A stretch of 64,000 nt of DNA, taken from IMG/VR virus record IMGVR_UViG_3300014039_000022, positions 1-64,000 of that record. The stretch is one strand, 5' to 3'. The notes beneath the pieces were generated by a model. It worked only from the letters and a program-made list of their open reading frames with translations, did no database searches and was not told where the DNA came from. Shown in pieces: positions 38,981 to 49,959 of this stretch. Numbering within the stretch: the stretch's first letter is position 1; every line of letters starts with the position of its first letter. The position numbers and the translations under genes were made by a program. Origin of the DNA: a virus (Duplodnaviria; Caudoviricetes).

Positions 38981-40618
38981 TTAATCGTCTATTGGTGGAA
39001 GATTATTATCTTGTTGTTCTGTATTATTATCATTATTTGTATCAATCGGATTATACTTCCTACCAGAACCAGTATATTTCAGACTCAACTCCAAATATGC
39101 GCGTTTGTTTGGATTTCCGTGTTTTGCATACATAACCGCACTCAGCTCCATTCCTGTTCTGTATAATTCCTCAAGCGCCGAATCTATATCCGTATTATTT
39201 GTTTTTTTCTTAACAAACTCATCAATCTTGCCGGAGAGGCCGCCAGCGCGAACCTTTAAATCCTCATATTTAGACTTGAAGTTTGCAAATCCAGAGTTAC
39301 CTGATTGATTAGTTGCTGTTACGACTATATTAAAATCTGATATCGGACTATATTTCTCCCCTTCACCGGAATTATCTTTATAGTCTTCTTTATATTCCAT
39401 ATCTGATACGGTGTTTCCATCCGGTCTATATCTTGATATTATATTTCCTCTCATATAAGGCTTTAACTCATTTTCGTCTATGCCCATATACGCCATATAA
39501 TATCCTTTCGCGTTAAAAGATTTAGGAACCACATATTTTCCATCCTTGTTTTTTACCTTTGTGTTTCCGTCGATATCAACTATGACTTCAATGTTTTGAC
39601 CGTAAGCGTTAGTGGTTCCGGTTGATGATATTCCGGTGATATCGTTATGTATCGACGCACTTAATGTATTATCGTTATTAAGGTTATCGAGTTGTTCCTG
39701 TGTAATCATCTTTGTCTTTCCTTTTGAATCCTTATAAGTCCATACGGTCTCTCCGTTTATGTTTTGAGACTTATTAAATTCCACGGTGGCACCGTCACCT
39801 GTAAATGTATACCCTATCTTATTGGGTGTTTTTTTAGTGACTGAGCCACCGGCTCTTCCGACAGGAGCGCCAGTACCTTTATATTTTCCATACATTGACT
39901 TATAAGCGTCAGCCTCAGCCTTGATTAACTTGGCTCTCTCCAAAGCCTGTTTGTTAATATTGTCGGTATAAGTCTTGTCGGCAGTCATAATACCTAGAGA
40001 CAAAGCGTTATCAACCATTGCTTTTCTTCTGTCATCAAGGTTGTCATATCCGTATCTCTGTCTCTCCGAGGCTATTATGTTATTCATATCCTCTTCGGTG
40101 ATATTGTCGCCCTTTGATGACATAGCGCTATAAACCTTTGACGCCACGTTATTTGCCGCCTCGTTCATATCATAAGGGGTATAAGTCGAGCCTTCCACAA
40201 CCTTGCTTGCCGGAGTGACCGAGTAATCCACATCAAAGAAGGCGTTAGGATTCTTAGACAGATACTCCCTCTGCTGCTTGACCAACTCTGCCCTCCTTTT
40301 AATTCTGTCAACCATATCGGCGAATCCGGTCTGGTATTCAGCCCTGTATTTACTGAGGTTGCTCCTAGTCTGCCTTGACAATCCTGTGGTTGCTATCTCG
40401 TCAACCATAGAGTTTATCCTGTTTTTGAAGTCAACGTATTTATTGTATTCCTCCTTGTCAACCTCGCTGTCTTTCAAATCCTCAAGGCTTCTGGCGTCCT
40501 CAAGCAGTTTGAGGTAAGCCTCCTCCTGTCTGTCACGTTCAGTTCCGTATACAGCATAAGGCTGCAACATCTCCTGAAACGTCATCGGCTCGTATATGGG
40601 TTTTATACTGTATGCCAT
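38981..40618 (-). CDS. Virion cargo/ejection protein
   Basis: 545 aa; N-terminal YEPMTFQEMLQP and FFDVDYS typical of the crassvirus gene after cargo C1. Confidence 0.65.
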   Translation of the reverse strand: MAYSIKPIYEPMTFQEMLQPYAVYGTERDRQEEAYLKLLEDARSLEDLKDSEVDKEEYNKYVDFKNRINSMVDEIATTGLSRQTRSNLSKYRAEYQTGFADMVDRIKRRAELVKQQREYLSKNPNAFFDVDYSVTPASKVVEGSTYTPYDMNEAANNVASKVYSAMSSKGDNITEEDMNNIIASERQRYGYDNLDDRRKAMVDNALSLGIMTADKTYTDNINKQALERAKLIKAEADAYKSMYGKYKGTGAPVGRAGGSVTKKTPNKIGYTFTGDGATVEFNKSQNINGETVWTYKDSKGKTKMITQEQLDNLNNDNTLSASIHNDITGISSTGTTNAYGQNIEVIVDIDGNTKVKNKDGKYVVPKSFNAKGYYMAYMGIDENELKPYMRGNIISRYRPDGNTVSDMEYKEDYKDNSGEGEKYSPISDFNIVVTATNQSGNSGFANFKSKYEDLKVRAGGLSGKIDEFVKKKTNNTDIDSALEELYRTGMELSAVMYAKHGNPNKRAYLELSLKYTGSGRKYNPIDTNNDNNTEQQDNNLPPIDD

Positions 40619-40619
40619 A

Positions 40620-42929
40620 TTATCTCCTCCTTCTCTTTATTTTTCCTCCATTTTTTCTTCCAATACTTATCGCGCCATTGCTTATGAGTTTATTTAATCT
40701 GTTTAGATTCCAATTTTCCTTTCCGTATTGCCCCGCAATAGTGGCAAGGTTTGTCAGATTCTCAGCTTTTGCCTGTTGCGAAGCGTCAAGTATTCTCTGC
40801 CTCTGCGAAGCCAACTGCATCAAATCATTAACTCTCTGTCTTTCCAATTGCGCGTTTTGCGCCTGTGCTTGCAGACTCATCTGCGCGTTAGTCTGATTTG
40901 TACCTCTATTAAAATCAGCAACAGCCTGTCTTTGCTTGTCGTTGTATTCAAGAGCCTGCCTATACATATCGGACATATTGTTCAATCCTTGCTGCTGCGC
41001 CGCAAGTATTCCACTTATGGCGACACCTCTGTTTCCGCTTGATGTATTCAGTATATTCCTCTGCGCCATCGCGTTCTGCGCGTTAATCCTTCCCTGCATA
41101 TAATTGACATCATAAGGATTGTAAGCAAGGTAGTCGCCAAGAGGCGTTGGTGACACATAGTTTATCCTGTTTGCGGCTCTTGAAGCGTTATCCCAAAGCG
41201 AATAGTCAGGTCTGTTCATACCAAACAAATCACCTATTACGGCTCCGGCGCTTGTCATAAGCGGAATGTAGCGAAGCCATTCCGGATAGTTTCTTGATTT
41301 ATTGGTGTCAACGTCGTTTTCCACAACGTCATTTTTGTCAATCTCGGTATATTCAGGAAGTCCACGCTGGGCCAATCCTGTATTTTTTGCAGCGAGTGAC
41401 ACTATAGGCTCCGGTATTCTATCTATATCAGGTATTTCTGAATTATTAACAAAATCAGTATTGTTAATCAATTCATGAACAGGGCCTATCTTTTTATCTG
41501 TCGCAAGCCTAAGGAAATCATTGTAATCCTTAATGGTATACTTACCCATACGGGAATCTTTCCCTATCGTATTCATCAAGTTGTCAATATACGATTTCTC
41601 TCTTGAAGACGCGCTGCCCTCAATCACTTTTTTTATCAAATCAACCTTTGACTTGTACTTATCGGTTGACTCATATTTTGTCGCCTTATCCAAATCGTAA
41701 GACCTGTCATATTTTATTCCGCCCCTTTGGAATAGATTGCCACCGTATGCATATCCATCAAGTGAATTGTCGTACTGATTCATCTGTGACGCTATACCCT
41801 GCTCCTGGTTTGGTTGAGACTGGTTATCATATTCTTCCTGCTGACTCTGCATATCTGCCATTTGTTGCTCTTCCGCAAGTCTCTGTCGTTGCATTTGCTG
41901 TGCTTCCTGATTAATCCCGTTGATTAACGCGAACTTGTCATCATCAGACAGTCTGTTGAACTCACGCACGAATCTCCTCTGCTCCATACGCTGCTTCGTC
42001 TCATCCTGTATAACCCTCAGTTTATACATCCCATCCTCAAGACCCCTCCTCTCTATAGGGTCGTTAGGCATCTCATACGAGCGTTTCTGTATCTCATTGG
42101 CTATCTCGGCATAAGTCTTGCCAAAATATTTTGAAGGCAAAGAAATGGATTCCAACTGCTTCTTCGTAGGCTTCAACCTATTTGAATAAACATAATCGTC
42201 GTATATAACCTCACCCTCTTCCACAAGGTTTGGTATACCCTGCGGGTCGACACCAACCTGTACCCCATCGTAAGGGTTTGATTCATGCGTTCCTCCATTA
42301 CCCACCATAGTCGTACCGTTTGAAAATTCAGGTTGCAACCCACCAAATGCGAACTTGCGCGGCATAAACCCTCCACAAGCCGCAAGATTCAATATTTTAC
42401 TTCTGAACATATTATCGCCTATTCTCTCCGCGTTCGCGGAGAAGTTATTCAAATACTCATTTGATGCCATGTGGCTCTCGGCATTTAACTCCTCAACCTT
42501 GTTTCTCGCTTTTGAGTCACCCGCAATCCAACCGCCTATACCTGAGCCTAACCCTACAGCAGCACCTGCAAGAGCGCCCCAAGGACCTCCTACTGACGCC
42601 CCGGTCAAAGCGCCGCTTGCTGTGGCTGACAATACATTGCCTACCCTGCCAGCTGTTGAGCCTCCTCTTATTTGCTCATAAGACACCCTGTTATTTAAAA
42701 CCAACGGATTATATGAAGCCATAAGAGAGTCATAGTCGCCCAAATCAAAATTTGTGTTACTCACGCTATCTATATTATCCTTATAACCTGACACATCATT
42801 TGTTTCCGCATTCTGCATTGCGTTTCCTATTATTCCGGAAGCGCCGGATAGCACTGTTGAAGCCTTGCCCATAAAGGAATCGAATTTAGCCTTTCTGGCG
42901 GCTTTCTGCTCGGCTGTTAGTTTACCCAT
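40620..42929 (-). CDS. Cargo protein C1-like (PhiCrAss001 gp45-like)
   Basis: GGTHESNPYDGVQVGVDPQGIPNLVEEGEVIYDDYVYSNRL; Gly/Ala TM-like segment; Q/N-rich C-terminus. Confidence 0.8.
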   Translation of the reverse strand: MGKLTAEQKAARKAKFDSFMGKASTVLSGASGIIGNAMQNAETNDVSGYKDNIDSVSNTNFDLGDYDSLMASYNPLVLNNRVSYEQIRGGSTAGRVGNVLSATASGALTGASVGGPWGALAGAAVGLGSGIGGWIAGDSKARNKVEELNAESHMASNEYLNNFSANAERIGDNMFRSKILNLAACGGFMPRKFAFGGLQPEFSNGTTMVGNGGTHESNPYDGVQVGVDPQGIPNLVEEGEVIYDDYVYSNRLKPTKKQLESISLPSKYFGKTYAEIANEIQKRSYEMPNDPIERRGLEDGMYKLRVIQDETKQRMEQRRFVREFNRLSDDDKFALINGINQEAQQMQRQRLAEEQQMADMQSQQEEYDNQSQPNQEQGIASQMNQYDNSLDGYAYGGNLFQRGGIKYDRSYDLDKATKYESTDKYKSKVDLIKKVIEGSASSREKSYIDNLMNTIGKDSRMGKYTIKDYNDFLRLATDKKIGPVHELINNTDFVNNSEIPDIDRIPEPIVSLAAKNTGLAQRGLPEYTEIDKNDVVENDVDTNKSRNYPEWLRYIPLMTSAGAVIGDLFGMNRPDYSLWDNASRAANRINYVSPTPLGDYLAYNPYDVNYMQGRINAQNAMAQRNILNTSSGNRGVAISGILAAQQQGLNNMSDMYRQALEYNDKQRQAVADFNRGTNQTNAQMSLQAQAQNAQLERQRVNDLMQLASQRQRILDASQQAKAENLTNLATIAGQYGKENWNLNRLNKLISNGAISIGRKNGGKIKRRRR

Positions 42930-42952
42930 AACAATCAATCATTTAATATCCG

Positions 42953-42984
42953 CAAATTTAATGATAAGGTTCAAGTGAAGCAAC
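42953..42984 (-). promoter_or_regulatory. Bacteroidetes-type promoter for cargo genes
   Basis: On the - strand, GTTG-N20-TAAATTTG upstream of ATG 42929. Confidence 0.55.
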
Positions 42985-43000
42985 AAGTGTTTGGTTAAAA

Positions 43001-43030
43001 TTAAGGGTAGGTATATAAACCTACCCTTAA
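43001..43030 (-). terminator. Hairpin terminator after muzzle gene
   Basis: TTAAGGGTAGGT-ATATAA-ACCTACCCTTAA inverted repeat immediately past the stop. Confidence 0.7.
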
Positions 43031-43035
43031 ACCAA

Positions 43036-46000
43036 CTACTTATAGTATTTGAGAATAACGTTATGCAACACAACCTTCTTGCCAAGCGGATTGCCGTCAG
43101 ACAGCTTGATGTAGCACCAGGTGTTTCTTATCCTGTCAAGCCTGTTCTTAGACATTTCATCGCGGGGCAATTGCACCCTCCACAGTCTGAACTTCCTCGC
43201 GTTATCCCTCTGCAACGTATTATATTGCTTTGTGAAGTCAACGCTTCCTTTCTGGTATTCATTCCAGATGTCGAGGTTTCTCAAAGGCAGCCCATCAATA
43301 TAGTTGACATCATCAACCTTTCCGTCGACTATATCAGCCGTATACTCAAGATTTGTGAATATCTTGTCAATCATAGGCTCTGGATTCGCCTTGTATGTGA
43401 CTCCCCATCCTACAGGCTTGTTATCGAAAGTCTCTCCGTAATTTCCGCCGAAAAGCCTGTATATGCCTATCCTTTCCGACGGAGAGACAGCGTATGACTC
43501 GCCGTCAAGGTTGAACACATCCTTCATCCCCTCGTAGGAATAAAACGACGAGAACGCGTCAAGCTGTTCGTTATATGAGAGGCAATACCTTCCGTTTGTC
43601 ACATAGACATCCTTTGTGAGCGAATCATAATATATGTTGAACCTGTCGTTGAAGTCTATATTATCCTTAAACCACTGCGAGAATCCTTTGGCTGAAATAG
43701 ACTGTAATCCATCCCTGCTGAAAGAAAGCATTGACTTATTGATGTCATCCATAAAATATACACCGTTGCCTCCTTTGCATACACCCCACTTGTTCTGACA
43801 GCCGTTTGAGCCTGTAATCATTGAATACCCGTTTACTAATCCGCTGTTTACAACCTCAATAGGACTACCGGATTCAGTGCTTATCTGTGTCGGATTGTTG
43901 TAGTTTATGACACTTATGGCTTTATCCTGAAAGGCTATTACCGAATCATTGAAGTTAATAAGTCGCCTGATGTCGCCTTTGCTTCCGTCAAGACTTAATG
44001 AACTTAACATGTTTATGTTTGTCCAGCTGTCAACCTCGTCTGTGTCAACCTTTGCGTTTGACCACACGATTTGATTCCCAAACCTGTCAAGGTCGTATTT
44101 ACTGTCGAGTATATTATAACTGAACAGGTTGTCCGTCTGGTTATAAGCCTGATTGAACAAGTTATAGTTTGTCGGTCTCGCAAGCGTTATCCTTGAATTC
44201 TTTCTGTTTATGTCGCACCTTCCGTCAATGTTTGTATGCGTCTCCACCATAAACGATGTTATGTCTACAACCGAATTGACATCATCCTCACTATATGGAT
44301 AAGTCTTGAGACAATCCCAACGCTGATAATACGTGTCTCCACCCATCCTTGGTATATCCTCGTCTATAGGATACGGAGATGACGACACAATCCACTTTAT
44401 TTTCTTTATTTGCTCCTCCCCATATCCACCGTATAGGGAGTCATACGGTATATCCCTATACAGTTCCGCAAGGTAAAGATAAGGATATTCAGGTTTTTCC
44501 TCGCCATAGACGGAAATCTGTCTATATCTTACCGTCTCGCCATCCTCTCTCCAGGTTATATTATGGAGGTCGTCAAGCATGACAATATTTTTCCTCAACA
44601 ACTCTCCGTCTATATCCCACGACACAATCCTTGACACCCTCATTGGGATATCAGTAACATCCTGTCCTTTCGCTGAATCGTCGTCAGAATCAAACACCGG
44701 CTCGTCAACGGATAATGTGGCTCCGCTGACATTCACGATATAATATTCTTTATACCTTCTCGTTGAGAACCCGTTGGGTATAGCAACCACGATAGTCTTT
44801 TCCTTGAGTTTATATACTTCGCTGAAAGAATCCATCAGTTTCTTCTCGGCTGATTCCTTCGAGTTATACAAGCCGAGGAATACATAATCATCATCGGCAA
44901 CCCACGCGGGTTCAACCCATGGATAGGACTCTCCTTCGGGAAGGACATCCTCATACTTGACGCCAATCTCAGGCAACCTATAATACGTCATATCGCCGTC
45001 AGTCATAGGTATGACAACATGCGGCGATGACTTATATCTTATCCTTACAGGGTCGTATGAACGGACGTAAACCTCATCGCTGCTATTACGTTCGTATTCT
45101 ACATCATATCCGCCAGCGCCTGTATCTTTGATATACGAGTCTGTAACCTCACCGCTTCTTGTCAGCAATGTATCCACGTCTCCAAAATAATAATCGTTTC
45201 CTCCGCAAGACCTCACTGATTTCGCAGCTTTTCCGTCATATATAATATCAGTGGAAGAGACTGGCACGTTGACGACATTGTCAAAAAACACACTATATAA
45301 CGAGAATCTTTTCGAGGCGAAAACCTTTCTCTTTAAATTTGAAGGTATATAAAGAAATTTAGTGTCACCACTCTCGGTTGGATAAGAGTTTTCTGACATG
45401 CCATTTATGGATTCGCTTTTATGCCATAAGTATATCTTGTATTTATCTATAATTCTTGACGGATACAGGTTGTCATCGCTGTTTTTAAACCAGCCGCTGT
45501 CCTCATACAGATAATCGCTCAATAGCGTCCTGTAATTCTTCGATATATTATTCACCGACTTGACGCTCAAACTCAACTTTGACGCAAAATCACTCAACCC
45601 TTTCTCGGACACATCCAGTTCCATATCGTTCTCGCCAGCCGTAATAGGTATATATCCGACAATGCGCATATTAAGTCCCAAGCCGCTCAAAAACTCCTGG
45701 TTTGGTTCTATGTCTGGCGAATTGAATGTCACTATACTGTCATCTACAAAATACCCGCTGTTTGATAATTTTCTTGAGTAAGAGTTAGATTCGCCGGAAT
45801 AAGTCCTGACGTTCACCTTTTTGTATATACCCCATACGCTTCCGCTGTCAGACAATTCAGACGCATACCGCAACACCTCTTCTGACGCGTCTATCGTCTG
45901 CTTTTTTGAGAAATAACTCCACGAGCCGGACGATATTGATTTCTCTTTACAGAATCTTTTGAAGTCACTCTTTGATATATCATCGGATATATCAGTGTTG

Positions 46001-48504
46001 AGATTCCGTAATATATAACTTCTAACCTTACTCCACATCTTGTTGAGGCTTGTCCTCGACTCGCAGTGTATCGTTATGCTGTCCGTATCTATCCTGTAAT
46101 TGTTATAAGAATAAGACAGTATGAGACAATATCTGTATTTAACCACATCCCAGCCGGCTATGCTTATATTCGCTATCGAATCCCACAACCTGCTGACATT
46201 AGTGTCAGCCCCGTTTTTAGCCCAATTCTTCTTCACGGCGTTTATGTCATCCGTACACATCAACGATATTACCGTCCCCTCCGCGGTTTGTGTGCCGCTC
46301 CCTATAAGTGATGAATCCATTGAAGGTTTGGCATCCTTATCCATCGACTGAATCTCAAGATAAGCCGAGTCGCCAAGTTTTGACGGAACGTCACCTATCG
46401 GTCTCATAATCCAACTTGACACGGCGTATGGTGAGTTGTTTATCCTGTCCTTAAGGCTAAACATGGTTGGGCTTAATACCCCCTGCGCTATCGTATTCCT
46501 TGTGGCTGTCGAAGTCTCCGCTATAAGCACCCTATACATGATGTAATTCCGCGACGCGGCTTTTACCGACTCGTCAAGTTTTAGCGCAGCCGTAGGAAGT
46601 TCAAATCTTGAGTTAATCAAATCAACTTTAGGTCGCAGCGTGCATTTCTTGTCACCAATCCATATAGGTTGGGTCCAATTCCCCTTGTCTGTCTGGAACT
46701 GGATGGCAAACCTGTATATCTCCCCGTATTTAAAATATGAGAAATACTCCTTTCCGCAAAGTGTTTGAGGCTTATATGGATACGAAGTGGATGACAAGTC
46801 CATTCCTATTGACTTGTAGTCAAACACAATCATTGACGCGTCATATATAGACACGGCCTTCCCCTTGTATTTCGGCAATATGGTATTCTTAACCGCATTC
46901 TTCAAGGCGTTTGACAAGGAGTCTCCGGAAAGCCTTATATTACCGAGAAAAAGCCTGTCCTGCTTTGATGTTATCGTCGATGCGACAAACTCCCTGCCTC
47001 CTATATAATAAAGAAGCGAAGGATCGATATTGACAACATTTACATTATTGTCGTATACTGTTATTTTTTTTTGCCCTGCGATATTGTAATCGCCGACTAT
47101 GCTTACTATAGGCTGCGCGTCAAGTGATGTCCTTACGCACGAGTATACCCTCACGTAATCAAATTTAGTGTCAAGGTTGAGCAATTTGAGTCTGAATTGA
47201 CACGCAACATTCTCGTCAGCCTTTGCCGCCCTGTCCTCGAATGTTATATAATGCACGGTGCTGAACCAAAGGAGATTTGTCTCGCTGCCGAATTTATTAT
47301 AATATGAGACTCCATACTGTATCGTTCCAGCCGGAAACAAACCCGATGAGTTATATTCTTTGCGTATGTCTATCCTCGGAACGGAATCAACTGTTGATAT
47401 GAAGTCAAACTGTGCGCTTCCCTTGTCGTAGTTTACTGGCTTCGCTATATTTATAACCCTCGGCTGATTGACTCCGTCAACCCAATAAACCTTCTGCACA
47501 TCCTCTGACTCAAATCTGAATATAGCGTCAACCATATTTTCTGGCGTTATATTCAGCCCGCCTTTATATATTGTATCCACATGCAATTCGGCTCCATAAG
47601 ACTTTACATTATAGATATAGTTCACATAGCCGTCATAAGTGAATATCACAACACTGTCAGAAGTCTCACACTTGCCACAATAAGAGCCGGATAAACCCGC
47701 CTGCGTTTGCGATGAACCACTTGGAAGAGGCTTGTTGTCACTTATGTATGAGTCGTAAGTTTCCTTAAGCATGTAATAATATTTCTCACTCTTTATGTAA
47801 TCAACATTGTCTTCAAGCGATATACTATAGTATGCTGTATATGAATCAGTTATATAAAACTCTTTTGAACCTTTCGGTATGATGTAGTCTTCCGTTTTGC
47901 TGTCAGGTAAGTACCTGCTCCACCATTCGTATCCGCTTGCTGTTATAAGTCCTATACCATCTGAGTCTACTCTAAATACCCCTCCGTCAAGAAAATCCCT
48001 TAATATTATCCCCCAGCTGTTTATGAATATCTTGTCTTTATCCTCTGGCAGATACAGTCTATAATATGGTTTACCATTGCTGACAGCTCCATCCTTGTTT
48101 ACAAATGTTATATAACCCTCGTGGTCTACATCGTCAGACCGCACAAATTCAGTTATTACTGTCGGGTCTACTCTGTAAGTACTCTGCACCTTTATTTTAT
48201 TTATTTTTCCCTCGGATGAACTCACAACAATAGGAATATCTGAATCCGCCGTATAATCGAGACTTATTTTTATCTTGTCCGTATCCAACGAATGGGCAAT
48301 CCTGTTTATCGATGTCTTCACAACGCTGCTTCCGACAAGACAGGCTGCCGGACCTTTCTCGTTTGTTATAGAAATCCCTGTATTGTCAACATTTGGTGTT
48401 ATCCTTATGTTCAGATTATCAAAGGCGTACTCATCAGGCGACTTGCTTATCGAGTAATCCTTAACCATACCTTTGTTTTTCAATTCGGCTACATTCACTT
48501 CCAT
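43036..48504 (-). CDS. Tail muzzle / stabilization protein
   Basis: 1822 aa; KGM.KD.SISK..EYAFDNLNIR, KVYWVDGVNQPRVIN, GDTYYQRWDCLKTYP, RKFRLWR..PR. Confidence 0.85.
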   Translation of the reverse strand: MEVNVAELKNKGMVKDYSISKSPDEYAFDNLNIRITPNVDNTGISITNEKGPAACLVGSSVVKTSINRIAHSLDTDKIKISLDYTADSDIPIVVSSSEGKINKIKVQSTYRVDPTVITEFVRSDDVDHEGYITFVNKDGAVSNGKPYYRLYLPEDKDKIFINSWGIILRDFLDGGVFRVDSDGIGLITASGYEWWSRYLPDSKTEDYIIPKGSKEFYITDSYTAYYSISLEDNVDYIKSEKYYYMLKETYDSYISDNKPLPSGSSQTQAGLSGSYCGKCETSDSVVIFTYDGYVNYIYNVKSYGAELHVDTIYKGGLNITPENMVDAIFRFESEDVQKVYWVDGVNQPRVINIAKPVNYDKGSAQFDFISTVDSVPRIDIRKEYNSSGLFPAGTIQYGVSYYNKFGSETNLLWFSTVHYITFEDRAAKADENVACQFRLKLLNLDTKFDYVRVYSCVRTSLDAQPIVSIVGDYNIAGQKKITVYDNNVNVVNIDPSLLYYIGGREFVASTITSKQDRLFLGNIRLSGDSLSNALKNAVKNTILPKYKGKAVSIYDASMIVFDYKSIGMDLSSTSYPYKPQTLCGKEYFSYFKYGEIYRFAIQFQTDKGNWTQPIWIGDKKCTLRPKVDLINSRFELPTAALKLDESVKAASRNYIMYRVLIAETSTATRNTIAQGVLSPTMFSLKDRINNSPYAVSSWIMRPIGDVPSKLGDSAYLEIQSMDKDAKPSMDSSLIGSGTQTAEGTVISLMCTDDINAVKKNWAKNGADTNVSRLWDSIANISIAGWDVVKYRYCLILSYSYNNYRIDTDSITIHCESRTSLNKMWSKVRSYILRNLNTDISDDISKSDFKRFCKEKSISSGSWSYFSKKQTIDASEEVLRYASELSDSGSVWGIYKKVNVRTYSGESNSYSRKLSNSGYFVDDSIVTFNSPDIEPNQEFLSGLGLNMRIVGYIPITAGENDMELDVSEKGLSDFASKLSLSVKSVNNISKNYRTLLSDYLYEDSGWFKNSDDNLYPSRIIDKYKIYLWHKSESINGMSENSYPTESGDTKFLYIPSNLKRKVFASKRFSLYSVFFDNVVNVPVSSTDIIYDGKAAKSVRSCGGNDYYFGDVDTLLTRSGEVTDSYIKDTGAGGYDVEYERNSSDEVYVRSYDPVRIRYKSSPHVVIPMTDGDMTYYRLPEIGVKYEDVLPEGESYPWVEPAWVADDDYVFLGLYNSKESAEKKLMDSFSEVYKLKEKTIVVAIPNGFSTRRYKEYYIVNVSGATLSVDEPVFDSDDDSAKGQDVTDIPMRVSRIVSWDIDGELLRKNIVMLDDLHNITWREDGETVRYRQISVYGEEKPEYPYLYLAELYRDIPYDSLYGGYGEEQIKKIKWIVSSSPYPIDEDIPRMGGDTYYQRWDCLKTYPYSEDDVNSVVDITSFMVETHTNIDGRCDINRKNSRITLARPTNYNLFNQAYNQTDNLFSYNILDSKYDLDRFGNQIVWSNAKVDTDEVDSWTNINMLSSLSLDGSKGDIRRLINFNDSVIAFQDKAISVINYNNPTQISTESGSPIEVVNSGLVNGYSMITGSNGCQNKWGVCKGGNGVYFMDDINKSMLSFSRDGLQSISAKGFSQWFKDNIDFNDRFNIYYDSLTKDVYVTNGRYCLSYNEQLDAFSSFYSYEGMKDVFNLDGESYAVSPSERIGIYRLFGGNYGETFDNKPVGWGVTYKANPEPMIDKIFTNLEYTADIVDGKVDDVNYIDGLPLRNLDIWNEYQKGSVDFTKQYNTLQRDNARKFRLWRVQLPRDEMSKNRLDRIRNTWCYIKLSDGNPLGKKVVLHNVILKYYK

Positions 48505-48505
48505 A

Positions 48506-49444
48506 TCATTTCCTCCTCAGATACTCTCTTGTTCCCTCGTGTATGAATGATTTGTCATGCTCGTTCACCCTCACCACCATCTGGTTGAGCGAATTAGTCA
48601 ATGACTGCATTTCGTCTATTGTCAACATATGGCATTCGCTCTCATATGCTCCTACAGCCCAGCAATACTCCTGCTGCGTGTTCTGCAAAACCCTCGCGTC
48701 TATCTCACCGGACTCAAAAAGAATCGTGTAGTACTCCTGCTTTATGTACCATTCAAGCGCGCGGGTGAATTTCGAGTTGTCGGGTATTAAAGGCAGACCG
48801 TCCTCGTCTACAGCCACGGCACGATAAGCAACCTCTACATAACCGGACTCCTCGGATGTGAATATCCTGTGGTTCTCAATCTTGTAAGTGAGTTCTCTGC
48901 AATTCTTTGGCTTTCCGTTCATATGGAAAGAATCAGTAGACGACCTCATCGCGCGATAACCTGATTTAAATGAATAACCCGACATATCCACATCCGTATC
49001 CTCTCCGTTGTCTACATCAAGCCTTATACATACGGTTCCGTAAACACCGAAATCGATATCCCTCAAGGAATACAATTTGTCTATGCTTGCGGGATTTGCG
49101 TCCCACTCCAACTGCACCACAAGTTCGCCATAATCATCGTCAAACCTGTTCTGTATGGCATACATTATATCCTTGAGTGTCTCGTTCTTGATGTAATCCT
49201 CCCTGGCTGTCTCATCAGAAGCCTCCCTCACCTGTATGACCTCGTGGAAATCATCAGGAAGGACACCCTTGTATTTGTCTATCTTTACCGTACAGGTCTT
49301 CTCAAGAAACTCACAAGGACACCCCACTATACGTATGAAATCCTCGGTGTAGTCTACAATCGTCTCAAGAGGCAGCTTGCGCAGCATCGGATTCCTGCGT
49401 AACTTCTCAAGGATTAACCTTATGTTTGTGAATTTACTTTTCAT
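48506..49444 (-). CDS. Tail ring protein R1 (tail tubular, P22 gp4-like)
   Basis: ILEKLRRNPML..LETIVDYT.DFI; DEDGLPLIPDN..RALEWYIK; QQEYCWAVG. Confidence 0.8.
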   Translation of the reverse strand: MKSKFTNIRLILEKLRRNPMLRKLPLETIVDYTEDFIRIVGCPCEFLEKTCTVKIDKYKGVLPDDFHEVIQVREASDETAREDYIKNETLKDIMYAIQNRFDDDYGELVVQLEWDANPASIDKLYSLRDIDFGVYGTVCIRLDVDNGEDTDVDMSGYSFKSGYRAMRSSTDSFHMNGKPKNCRELTYKIENHRIFTSEESGYVEVAYRAVAVDEDGLPLIPDNSKFTRALEWYIKQEYYTILFESGEIDARVLQNTQQEYCWAVGAYESECHMLTIDEMQSLTNSLNQMVVRVNEHDKSFIHEGTREYLRRK

Positions 49445-49959
49445 ATCAGAGCGTCAAATTTACCTTCAACAATCAAATCATGGAGTCTCTTCCTAAAAGA
49501 CGGTGTCGTCCTGAAAAGCAGGTACTCCTTATTCTTAACCTTTGCTTTTCCCGAAGCGAATCTTGTCTTGAATACATAACCGCTGTCAAATATCCTCGCG
49601 TCCGGCACATAGTCACCGCTAAGCCTTGACTGGTTTATAGTTTTGTAATCCAAGGGGTATGTAGCCCTTATGACTCCATCCTTGCATATCCATGCCTCCT
49701 TCTTGCGCTTGCGTATCTCTATGAAGCCTATCTTGTCGCCAAGATGCACAACCCCCTTTGCGAGCAGCTTGTCTATCATACCCTTTATTATGAGTGTCAT
49801 AATCCTTCCGTGCTGGTTGCGGTTGAGATATACAGCCTTGGATTTATCCCTATTCCTCACATAGCATTTCCAGATATCCCTCATGGTGTACGCCTTGACA
49901 TACCTGTCGGCTCCTCTGATTCTCAACCCGTTCTTGTTTAACCTCCTACTCTCCTCCAT
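49441..49959 (-). CDS. IHF/HU-like basic DNA-binding protein
   Basis: Basic; VHLGDKIGFIEIRK and FRTTPSFRKRL; usual crassvirus position among tail genes. Confidence 0.6.
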   Translation of the reverse strand: MEESRRLNKNGLRIRGADRYVKAYTMRDIWKCYVRNRDKSKAVYLNRNQHGRIMTLIIKGMIDKLLAKGVVHLGDKIGFIEIRKRKKEAWICKDGVIRATYPLDYKTINQSRLSGDYVPDARIFDSGYVFKTRFASGKAKVKNKEYLLFRTTPSFRKRLHDLIVEGKFDALI

